From contig NZ_JAHDSX010000003.1 in assembly GCF_020969955.1 (NCBI RefSeq), positions 60,001 through 92,000 on the forward strand: DNA of 32,000 nucleotides. Reading direction: 5' to 3'. Positions 8,059 to 15,661 of this stretch are shown in pieces (the first letter of the stretch is position 1; each line of letters starts with the position of its first letter). Made by a program: the position numbers and the translations under genes. Under the pieces are notes generated by a model. It saw only the letters and a list, made by a program, of their open reading frames with translations. It was not told where the DNA came from and did no database searches. The stretch comes from Allobaculum fili (GTDB lineage Bacteria > Bacillota_I > Bacilli_A > Erysipelotrichales > Erysipelotrichaceae).

Positions 8059-10698
8059 TCAGTGTTTTTTGTTGGAAAATTTGAAGCTGACGGTGACATT
8101 GGGGTCGGTCATCACCTTAAGACCCTTAAGCACAAACGGTGTTTCATATCCGAACACAAGATTGATGACCTTTTCCGGATTCGTACCCAGCGAATAATTT
8201 TTATGGTTAAACGTAAAAGCGCATCGGTTGCAGAGGGCTTCTGGATTTTCCCAGCGAATGTTCCCGCCTTTAACCGCGGTGAACTGCAGGCTGAGTTCAG
8301 AAATAATTCCGTTTGTATTTCCTAATTCGAAATTCAGCGTTGCACTCTCGGGTTTAAACGGATTAATCCGGTCGCTGAAGGACAGTTCGTAATCCTGCCG
8401 CGGACGGCCTCTTCCCTCCAGTCCCATCCTGATTCCGCGCCGATCCAGATAATGGCCTTTGGCGCTGACATATGTACCCCGTTTAAAACGCGGTTTGGTA
8501 ATAAATTTATAGACAAGGAACAGGGTAAGAAGCGATGCCAGAACAATCAGGATGAATTTCAGTAAATACGCCCACAGAGAAAGCGGCATGATGCTGATCG
8601 CATCTTCTGTCTGGCCTTCTTCCTGCTGTCCGCTGGCCAGCGTAATGTCCAGGTCCACGTTCAGATCCAGGTCGTTGGGAAGGACGCTGGTTGCTGCGGG
8701 TCCGCCCAGATAGAAGCGGTAACACGATGGCTGCTCATCTTTGACTACATCAAATTCCAGCGACTGGAAGCAGACCCACCGAATGAGCTGATCGAGAAAA
8801 TTCGGGGCGTGCTGGCTGGCTGTAAACGTAAAGCTGCTTACGCCTCTTTCCCATTCGTCTTCATTAAGATCTCTCAGTGAGCCGTCCTCTTCTTCGACCT
8901 GCACTTTGGCGAGAATATAGGCTTCGCTTCCCGAGCCTCTCTGGTTCGGATCGAACATGTAGGTTCGTTCGCCTTTTTTATACGTCTCCTCAGGATTCTG
9001 AAGCGTAATCATCAGATTCAGCGGCTCTGGTGCGACATAGCGAATTTCCACGTTGCCTTCCCCCGCCTGCTGATAGCTGCCGTTATCGCGGGTGACTTTG
9101 AGGACAAGATTCTGAGTTGTCGATGTAATGCCCGATCCCTTCTGATCGGTCGCATAAGAAGGCGTCAGATTTACGACGCCGTCCTGGTCGCTCATTGAGA
9201 TCTCCCAGTTCACCCCTTCGGTACCGGTGACTTCGAATGAGTAGGAATCAAAGGTATCCTTATTGATTCGGGTTCCATCCGGTGCCGAGACCGAAGCCTG
9301 CACAGGCTGCTCTCCGCTCAGCGTTCCCGGGTTGATATCGTATCCAGCCGGCTGCGAAAAGAGGACGGAGATCGGTGCGTCTTTTACATCCAGTTTTGCC
9401 GATTCTCCCGTCATGTTGATATTTCCCGGAAGCCGGGCGACCGACTGAAGAGTGGCTTTGCCTGGTGCTAAATTCAGTTTTTCTCCGTTGGTGTACGTGA
9501 CTGTGTTTCCGTCTTCATCCGTTACGGTCAGCGCAAATTCCGAACCTTTAAGAAGTTCCGACTGAGAAGGGTCAATCGGTGTTCCCGTAAGCGGGTCAAA
9601 GATCTGAATAACGACTGTACTTTCTCCGCCAGGAATGGATATGCCGTCCTGAATTTCTGTATCGGTAGTTACTTCGGATCCGCTGCGCAGAATCGTCCGG
9701 AATTCAATTCCGGGTTCTACATACACATCCACGTCATCGGACGTACTTTCGAATGTGTACTTTCCCGAAGAGAAAGGCTTCTTTGGATCCTTGGCTTCAT
9801 ACGTCACCACTTTGCCGTTCAGATTTGGAGCAATGGCACAACCCGAATTGCATTCCGGCTGCGGAGTCTTATCGTTTACCGAAACCTCTACAGAGAAAGG
9901 CTTGGCCGGTACATCTTCGCCGTTGATTTTTGCGTTCGTTACTTCTGTCTGCTTGCCCTGAGCAAAAACGATGAATTTTGAAATGGGTACGTCCGCCTGA
10001 AAGGAATAGGAGGAATCTCCCTGAAGCGTGACTTTCTGCAGGGAAAATACCTTCTGGGCAATTTCTGTCAGAGCACCCAGAATCGAACTCGTATCAATGT
10101 AGTACGCTTCGTAGCCGTCGTGACTCAGACTGATCTCCTCCGCATAGGACCCGATTCCCACATAGATCATATTGATGCCGTTCACGCCCGCATATTTCTG
10201 GAAATCGGATCGAATCTCCTCATTGCTCAGTTCGGTTGTATCGTTGAAAAACGCACCGTCTGTCAAAATGACAAGCCATTTCTGCTGAGCTGTGGACTGT
10301 TTGAGGTTTTCGCCCGCGGCATCGACGGCCTGGATCGGCGTGCCGGATGTATCCTTCATGTCATTGATCCGTTTGACACGATCGGCTGGATCTTCCGTTC
10401 CCTTTAAAGTAAAGAAGTCATTTTTCGAATCGTTATCTTCGGCTTTGCTCATCGGAAAAACGTTCAGTGTATCTTCTTCACCCATAAAGGCTGAAAAAAC
10501 TTCCATTGCATATTTCGCCTGAGACCAGCTGTCCATCCGGGAATTGCTCATACTGCCGGAATCGTCGTAGACAACGTTGATCTGCGTCGTATCCTTGCTG
10601 GTTTCCATCGCGGAAATCGGTGCGGTCCAGAAGGACCCGAACACTGTGAAAGCAGCCAGCATTGAAGCGAATACTTTTTCCATTTTTTTAATGAACAT
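8059..10698 (-). CDS. Secreted, C-terminally membrane-anchored von Willebrand factor A (vWA/MIDAS) domain protein, 879 aa
   Basis: Sec-type signal peptide (MFIKKMEKVFASMLAAFTVFGSFWTAPISA/ME), then a vWA start with an intact DxSxS MIDAS motif (VVYDDSGSMS; DDSGS = nt 10552-10566). A ~480-aa beta-rich T/S/V/G region follows, then a TM helix (LWAYLLKFILIVLASLLTLFLVYKFI) followed by KPRFKRG (positive-inside) and a ~150-aa cytoplasmic tail. The RBS is AGGAAG, 7 nt upstream of the ATG. Confidence 0.85.
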   Translation of the reverse strand: MFIKKMEKVFASMLAAFTVFGSFWTAPISAMETSKDTTQINVVYDDSGSMSNSRMDSWSQAKYAMEVFSAFMGEEDTLNVFPMSKAEDNDSKNDFFTLKGTEDPADRVKRINDMKDTSGTPIQAVDAAGENLKQSTAQQKWLVILTDGAFFNDTTELSNEEIRSDFQKYAGVNGINMIYVGIGSYAEEISLSHDGYEAYYIDTSSILGALTEIAQKVFSLQKVTLQGDSSYSFQADVPISKFIVFAQGKQTEVTNAKINGEDVPAKPFSVEVSVNDKTPQPECNSGCAIAPNLNGKVVTYEAKDPKKPFSSGKYTFESTSDDVDVYVEPGIEFRTILRSGSEVTTDTEIQDGISIPGGESTVVIQIFDPLTGTPIDPSQSELLKGSEFALTVTDEDGNTVTYTNGEKLNLAPGKATLQSVARLPGNINMTGESAKLDVKDAPISVLFSQPAGYDINPGTLSGEQPVQASVSAPDGTRINKDTFDSYSFEVTGTEGVNWEISMSDQDGVVNLTPSYATDQKGSGITSTTQNLVLKVTRDNGSYQQAGEGNVEIRYVAPEPLNLMITLQNPEETYKKGERTYMFDPNQRGSGSEAYILAKVQVEEEDGSLRDLNEDEWERGVSSFTFTASQHAPNFLDQLIRWVCFQSLEFDVVKDEQPSCYRFYLGGPAATSVLPNDLDLNVDLDITLASGQQEEGQTEDAISIMPLSLWAYLLKFILIVLASLLTLFLVYKFITKPRFKRGTYVSAKGHYLDRRGIRMGLEGRGRPRQDYELSFSDRINPFKPESATLNFELGNTNGIISELSLQFTAVKGGNIRWENPEALCNRCAFTFNHKNYSLGTNPEKVINLVFGYETPFVLKGLKVMTDPNVTVSFKFSNKKH

Positions 10699-10904
10699 AG
10701 CTTTTCTTCCTTTCCATGAATGAAAACTTGCAGTTTAAGCCGACCTGAAAACCGATTTGCAGACTTGAGAAGGCTTGCCAGAAAACGTATCTGCACTCAT
10801 CGTGCGAAAAGAAGTCGATTTTCAGGCATGAAATCCGCTGGGTCCAAAAGCGGGCGCTGAGCAGTCGAACAATCGTAATTGTGCGTATTCAGCAAATAAA
10901 GGCG

Positions 10905-10933
10905 ATTATTTTTGTTTCGTTTGAATATATCAA
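10905..10933 (-). promoter_or_regulatory. Possible sigma-A promoter for the vWA/tubulin-like cassette
   Basis: On the minus strand: TTGATA (10933-10928), a 17-nt spacer, then AATAAT (10910-10905). This would give a ~200-nt leader. Pattern match only. Confidence 0.3.
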
Positions 10934-11462
10934 TCTAACCTTTGCGTAAAAATATAGCTGTCCTACAAATTATAATCGGGTTCACAAGGGCTTTGCCCGC
11001 CCATTTGCAGTATTGACAAACTGTGTGCAAATTAGAGCAAATTGTCGGAAGAATTGTCGAATTCATGTGAAATAATTTCGGCCTTTTTCCTGACTCCATC
11101 AAATCCTTCAATGCGCACAAAGGAGGGCATGACTGGATGGAGATGGACAGTATCCATATTTATTCTGTTTTCATTTCTGTCGATTTCGATCCCGGGTTAC
11201 TTGCCTCCTCTGTCGGAAACATCCAGGCAGCGTTTGCTTTTCATCCCCTCCTTTTTCTTCCAGTCCGCCTTTTTCCTGAACAATCGAATTTTACCGAACC
11301 GAATTGGCTGCCCGGACGAGGGGGAGAATTTTCATAAAGCGCGAGGACGAAACAGATACGAAACAGGATCGAAAGAAGATCCGAAAGAAGAAAACGGGAT
11401 TCTGCCTTTTTCGGCCCCTCGAAAATGCATTAGATAATCCTAACTATTTTTCAATTTCCTGT

Positions 11463-11492
11463 TTGACTTTGTCGAGAGGGCTTTGGTAATAT
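11463..11492 (+). promoter_or_regulatory. Sigma-A type promoter of tRNA-Ser
   Basis: TTGACT (11463-11468), an 18-nt spacer, then an extended -10 TGgTAATAT (11484-11492). It ends ~20 nt upstream of the mature tRNA 5' end. Confidence 0.5.
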
Positions 11493-11511
11493 AAACGAGC
11501 GTTAAGCGAAC

Positions 11512-11601
11512 GGAGTCGTGTCCGAGCGGTTTAAGGTGCAGTCTTGGAAAGGCTGTGTAGGCGAAAGCTTACCCAGGGTTCGAATCCCTGCGACTCCGCC
11601 A
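11512..11601 (+). tRNA. tRNA-Ser (anticodon GGA), type II with long variable arm, CCA encoded
   Basis: Acceptor stem GGAGTCG/CGACTCC. Anticodon stem CAGTC/GGCTG with loop TTGGAAA (GGA at 11546-11548). Long variable arm, T-arm CAGGG-TTCGAATC-CCTG, discriminator G and a 3' CCA (11599-11601). Confidence 0.9.
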
Positions 11602-11613
11602 TTGAAAACAATC

Positions 11614-11653
11614 CGAACCGGGATTTCTTAAAGAAATTCCGGTTCGTTTTTTT
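11614..11653 (+). terminator. Rho-independent terminator of tRNA-Ser
   Basis: 14-bp stem (11614-11627 pairs with 11633-11646, one G:U), a 5-nt loop, then seven Ts (11647-11653). Confidence 0.8.
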
Positions 11654-11782
11654 ATGGTTTTCCCTTTTTCCTGTCTGACATTTTTTCTTTGTCTGTATGA
11701 TTTTCATGGATTCAGTCCTGTCCAAAGGAAACGTCCTGGAGTCTACATTGAATTTGACCGGCTTCTTCTCCTTCCGTACCAT

Positions 11783-11854
11783 ATTATTTTGTAAAAGAAA
11801 CTCCGGATTATTCTGTAAAAGAAACTCCGGATTATTCTGTAAAAGAAACACCGG
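11783..11854. repeat. Tandem direct repeat, 3 x 24 nt (ATTATT[T/C]TGTAAAAGAAAC[T/A]CCGG)
   Basis: Units at 11783-11806, 11807-11830 and 11831-11854 differ at only two positions. The repeat is intergenic, ~185 nt upstream of the 12039 gene. Confidence 0.9.
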
Positions 11855-12038
11855 CTTTTTTCTGGATTCAACAGAACTCACGAAGTCTTTTTCTCTATTA
11901 CCGGCTGAAAATCGGACTCGATTTCTCCGATCTCTTTTTAAAATGATCCCTTTAAAGCATTTCTAAAGCGTTTCTTCACTCGATAACGGTTCATTCCCGC
12001 TTTGCGGATGCTTCTCATCCCGACTGGAGGATTCTACG

Positions 12039-13826
12039 ATGAGCAAATCCATGCGCGGACTGTGGATCTGGACATCTCTGTTCTTTTCCCTGTTTGCTTC
12101 CTGGCCAAAACTGATGGAGTACGGATTATCTCCGTTTTTTAAATCCTATGTTTTATGGCTTCTTTTTTATAGCCTTCTTTTTCTGGCTATTGCCTTTCTC
12201 TTTACCGTCCTGAACAGAAAGTTCAATCTGCGCTCGAGGCGATCCCTTCTGGTTCATTCATCCACAACAAAAAAACAGGAACGCTTTCTGTTCTGGAGCG
12301 TCCTGCTGCTGATGATTGTGACCTGGATGCCGGCGTTCCTGGCGTTTTTCCCAGGAACCTTTGGCGCGGATGCCCCGATCCAGCTGGCGATGTATAACGG
12401 CGATCTGCCGTTCACGACGCATCATCCGTGGCTTCATACCCTTCTGCTTGGCTCCCTGCTCCGACTCGGAAACATTCTCTTTCACAACCCGAACGCAGGG
12501 ACCGGTATTTACATTTTCTTCTTTCAGATCGTGTTCTGCGCCTATGCGATCGCCAAAGCGATGCTGTATCTCTATCGAAAAGGCCTCAACGCCTGGATTC
12601 TGATCACGACTTCCTTTTTTATGGCCGTCTCGCCTTTCTCGCAGATGCTCGTGTGCTATACGACCAAGGATATAATGTTCGCTCCGGCTCTCCTTTTATT
12701 TATTGTTTCGATCTGCTCGCTTCTCTTCCCGCCAAAGCCCTCCGAAAGCGCCAGAGCCGATCTTTCCTCACCTGCAGAAAATCCAAAGGCTGTTCGGGAG
12801 AAAGACAGATCTGCAGCGTCGTCTTCCCTTCTGAAAAAGACAGCCGAGATTATCGGCTGGGGCGTTCTCATGTGTCTTTTGCGCAATCAGGGGTTATACC
12901 TGGCCATACTCGGTCTGATCCTTCTCTTCTTTGTCTATCTAAAAGACAGAAAGAAGCGCATTGTTCAGCTTTTTATGATTTCTCAGGTTTCCATACTTGT
13001 TTTGGGCTGGCTGCTTACTTCCCTTGTCCCTTCCATTGCCGGCATCAAGATTAACAATCCCCGGGAAATGCTTGCTCTGCCGATTCATCAGCTTGCCTTT
13101 GAACTGAACCGCAACGATCAGATCGAAGAGAAGTTCATTTCCAAAGAAGACGAGGCTCTCGCCTACAGCTATTTCGATGACTTTACGCCCGATCAGCTGG
13201 ATCCGTTCAGTGCAGACAGTTCCAAGGATCTTTTTTACAACGAAAAGTTCTCCGAAAATCCGGGACAGTTTATTTCCCTGTATTTGCGGGTACTGACAAC
13301 AGACTGGCGCGGCGCGATTCAGGCAGCCGCCTATCTGACCGCTCCCTATTTCGATATGCGCTATGGAGAGTACAATGCGCTCTCTGTTATGACGAGCTAC
13401 GAAGACTACGCGGATAAGCAGCATATCGCTTCCTATTCTCTGCTTCCCGGCTACCGCGACAAACTGCGCGGCATTGCAATGCAGTCGGCCACCTTTGACA
13501 ACTGTCCGCTGTGGCTGCGTTTCTTTGACCCCGGCATTACCCTTTATCTGGTGATCTTCCTTCTTGGCTATGCTATTTTCTTCCGAAGCAAGTTTGCGGC
13601 AACCGCGTGCCTCTATACCGTTCTGTATATTCTGACCATGCTGCTTGGGCCTGTTTCCCTGCTGCGCTATTCCTTTATCTATACGTATCAGTGGCCGTTC
13701 CTTCTTGGCGTTCTGCTTTTGAGCGCTCTGTCCCGCAAGCCAAAAAAGAAAACAGCCCGTATAAAACGGACCGTACGCAAATCGGCTGCCGATCCAGCCG
13801 CTGCCGCTTCCAAAGCGGCTATCTAA
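12039..13826 (+). CDS. Polytopic integral membrane protein, DUF6020-like / GT-C-type glycosyltransferase-like (family assignment tentative)
   Basis: 595-aa ORF with GGAGGA 7 nt upstream of the ATG. It has more than 10 hydrophobic helices. The motif FPGTFGADAPIQL...THHPWLHTLLLG resembles the D..Q...HHP..HT signature I associate with DUF6020-type envelope proteins. Basic C-terminal tail. Confidence 0.8.
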   Translation: MSKSMRGLWIWTSLFFSLFASWPKLMEYGLSPFFKSYVLWLLFYSLLFLAIAFLFTVLNRKFNLRSRRSLLVHSSTTKKQERFLFWSVLLLMIVTWMPAFLAFFPGTFGADAPIQLAMYNGDLPFTTHHPWLHTLLLGSLLRLGNILFHNPNAGTGIYIFFFQIVFCAYAIAKAMLYLYRKGLNAWILITTSFFMAVSPFSQMLVCYTTKDIMFAPALLLFIVSICSLLFPPKPSESARADLSSPAENPKAVREKDRSAASSSLLKKTAEIIGWGVLMCLLRNQGLYLAILGLILLFFVYLKDRKKRIVQLFMISQVSILVLGWLLTSLVPSIAGIKINNPREMLALPIHQLAFELNRNDQIEEKFISKEDEALAYSYFDDFTPDQLDPFSADSSKDLFYNEKFSENPGQFISLYLRVLTTDWRGAIQAAAYLTAPYFDMRYGEYNALSVMTSYEDYADKQHIASYSLLPGYRDKLRGIAMQSATFDNCPLWLRFFDPGITLYLVIFLLGYAIFFRSKFAATACLYTVLYILTMLLGPVSLLRYSFIYTYQWPFLLGVLLLSALSRKPKKKTARIKRTVRKSAADPAAAASKAAI

Positions 13827-13870
13827 TCTTCTGATTTTTCAAACCCAGTACAGGCATTCCTCAAATAAAA

Positions 13871-13904
13871 AGGCAGGTGTCGACTTTATCGTCGGTACCT
13901 GCCT
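13871..13904. terminator. Bidirectional intrinsic terminator between convergent genes
   Basis: AGGCAGGT/ACCTGCCT outer stem plus an inner CGAC/GTCG stem. It is flanked by an A-run (13867-13870) and a T-run (13905-13907), and lies between the 12039..13826 (+) and 13910..14173 (-) genes. Confidence 0.6.
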
Positions 13905-13909
13905 TTTCA

Positions 13910-14173
13910 TTACGAATGTCTGGCTGTCGACTCCACCTTCTGGAGTTCAAAGCGCCAGGTCTGTTTCATTTCTGGATATTTTTCATGATCCACCGGGGAA
14001 GCAAACTCATCCAGTTCGCGTACCCACAGTGAACCGTCTCCATACAGCTGGCGGTAGATCACCATTTCCTTAGCGGAATCCGCGTTTCGGGCAATGGCTT
14101 CGACCAGATACAGATCGCCTTTGAAATGACGATAGATTCGGCCAGGGTAAATTGTCTGTTTCTTTGTTTCCAT
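13910..14173 (-). CDS. DUF1653 domain protein (87 aa)
   Basis: GRIYRHFKGDLYLV...VIYRQLYGDGSLWVRELDEF matches the Y+H+KG..Y / vvY+.LY / w.RP..eF pattern of DUF1653. I prefer ATG 14173 (AAGGAGTG, 6 nt, ATG) over the track's GTG at 14182. Confidence 0.8.
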   Translation of the reverse strand: METKKQTIYPGRIYRHFKGDLYLVEAIARNADSAKEMVIYRQLYGDGSLWVRELDEFASPVDHEKYPEMKQTWRFELQKVESTARHS

Positions 14174-14266
14174 ACATGTCACTCCTTAAATCCTGAACTG
14201 CCTGATCCAGACATTTACGCTTTTACAGGCAAATTCATTACTTAACTTAAAACGAATTTTCACGCT

Positions 14267-15415
14267 CTATCCATAGACCTTTTCCGGCTGAAAGAGCATC
14301 TTGATGCCCTTCCACAGCCATTTCACAATCCAGGAAAGAATAAAGGAAAGCACGAAGAGAATCGCCTCCATGCAAAGGGTATAGAGCAGACTGAAAGCGA
14401 AACCGTTGCTTTTCAAAATCAGATTTTGCAGAGACTGAGTAAATCCTACGCTGGTCAGAATGCGCAAAATGGGAAAGTGAACAATATAGATCAGAAAAGA
14501 ATACGAAGCGGCTGCACAGATCATCGATTCTGCACCCGCTTCAACCGCTTTTTTAGCGCCTTTTCTGGGGCGAATGGCTGCCAGACCAAAAATCAGAATG
14601 AGTGCCGAGGCCAGCATGCCCCAGGCGGAATACCAGTACAGCGCGCTCGCATCGCCCGGATCTGCCGCAAAATGTTTCATCTGGACCCTGGCCCGCGCCA
14701 GATTCAGGAAAACGAAACCGGCCAGTGCCGCAGCGGCAGTGATCCAGCCGTGAAAGTGTTTTCGATTTCGATACAGAATATGTCCCCAGATCACTTCGAT
14801 GGAAGCCGGAATGGCTGCTCGGAACAGATAGTGAGAAAAGCCGGCGAGATGGTTGGACGTCAGATCGTTCACAATAAAGAACCCTAACGTAGCAGCCATA
14901 AAAAGAATGGTGGCGACTCGGGATCGATCCAGCCCGTCCGCAATCCATTTCAAAACCGGAAAGAACAGAAAGACGAGCAGATTGACGTACAAATACCACA
15001 GATGATCCATGCCGATTACACCGTTTCGCCATTGCAGAAAATCATTCAATACCGCCGGAATATCCGAAGGGACAAATCCGGGCAGGGGCAGACTGTTCAT
15101 CGCAATGCCGAGCAGACTCGCCAGAACGAGCGGAATAAAAATCCGGGTAAACCCTCGCTTGAGCGTTTTGCCATACGTACTGGAAAACAGAAAACAGCCG
15201 ATGACCATCCAGAAAATACCAACGCCATCCGCTGCCAGGCAGGCAATAAAGACACGGCCAAAAGCCGGTTCGCCGTTAATGATCACTGGCGGATACGAAT
15301 GACAGAGCAGAACGATCAGACAGGCGATCAGCCGAACCAGTTCTACGCGGGCATCTCGGCCCCTTTTCTTTTTTGGCCTGGATCGAGTCAGAGCCATTGT
15401 AGTGGATTGTGTCAT
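14267..15415 (-). CDS. Membrane acyltransferase, acyltransferase-3 family (382 aa)
   Basis: About 10 TM helices and an N-terminal RVELVRLIACLIVLLCHS motif typical of acyltransferase_3 (R..E..R.....V...H). The start is placed at ATG 15415 (AGGAGG, 8 nt, ATG). The track's longer 424-aa version has no RBS. Confidence 0.8.
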   Translation of the reverse strand: MTQSTTMALTRSRPKKKRGRDARVELVRLIACLIVLLCHSYPPVIINGEPAFGRVFIACLAADGVGIFWMVIGCFLFSSTYGKTLKRGFTRIFIPLVLASLLGIAMNSLPLPGFVPSDIPAVLNDFLQWRNGVIGMDHLWYLYVNLLVFLFFPVLKWIADGLDRSRVATILFMAATLGFFIVNDLTSNHLAGFSHYLFRAAIPASIEVIWGHILYRNRKHFHGWITAAAALAGFVFLNLARARVQMKHFAADPGDASALYWYSAWGMLASALILIFGLAAIRPRKGAKKAVEAGAESMICAAASYSFLIYIVHFPILRILTSVGFTQSLQNLILKSNGFAFSLLYTLCMEAILFVLSFILSWIVKWLWKGIKMLFQPEKVYG

Positions 15416-15592
15416 TTTTAAACCTCCTGCAAATCGTAAACGATCGGCTTTATTGTAACGGACTGAGCAGACAATTGACGAATTCTTAAAAATCGGGCAT
15501 TTCAAATAGTCGAACGCAAAAGATCCTCTGACAAAGTCCATTCCTTTTCCCTCGATTTTTCTGGTCCGTATTCATCGCCGTTTCTTATGACC

Positions 15593-15637
15593 AAAAAAAA
15601 AAGAAGAGCTGTCCCCTTACGTACAGTATCTCTTCTT
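15593..15637 (-). terminator. Strong rho-independent terminator closing the T7SS-like operon
   Basis: On the minus-strand RNA, stem AAGAAGAG/CTCTTCTT (15601-15608 / 15630-15637) plus an inner CTGT/ACAG is followed by a U-run of 8+ (complement of the A-run 15593-15600). It lies 25 nt after the stop at 15662. Confidence 0.8.
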
Positions 15638-15661
15638 TTTCTGTCCGATTTGCGAAACCCG

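Noticed and set aside
10935-11437. Small ORFs in the long intergenic gap (61 aa minus; 131 aa and 66 aa plus). The 66-aa ORF (11137..11337) has AGGAGG 10 nt upstream.
   Set aside because: The products are not protein-like (Phe/Ser/Pro-rich, no domain), the ORFs overlap each other in different frames, and only one has an SD. The 66-aa ORF remains an open but low-probability (about 0.2) candidate.
11512-11601. tRNA-Ser as the integration site of a genomic island carrying either the tubulin cassette or the T7SS locus
   Set aside because: No integrase or recombinase gene is in the window, and I did not see a direct repeat of the tRNA 3' end elsewhere. The cassette lies on the 5' side of the tRNA, which is not the usual arrangement.
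11783-11854. CRISPR array
   Set aside because: The repeats are contiguous with no spacers, there are only three units, and no cas genes are nearby.
11531-11881. 116-aa minus-strand ORF
   Set aside because: It runs antisense through the tRNA-Ser gene and its terminator, and translates the 24-nt tandem repeat (FLLQNNPE x3). It is an artefact.
12258-13424. Alternative-frame and antisense ORFs (75-208 aa) within the 12039..13826 gene
   Set aside because: They are nested in a 595-aa ORF with a strong RBS and coherent multi-TM sequence.
14267-15541. N-terminally extended versions of several track ORFs (424-aa acyltransferase, 349-aa FHA protein, 140-aa and 176-aa proteins, 107-aa YukD, 703-aa zinc-ribbon protein, 303-aa and 172-aa plus-strand ORFs)
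   Set aside because: In each case an internal ATG is preceded by a good SD at 5-10 nt, while the upstream alternative start (often TTG/GTG) has none. Coordinates were trimmed accordingly.
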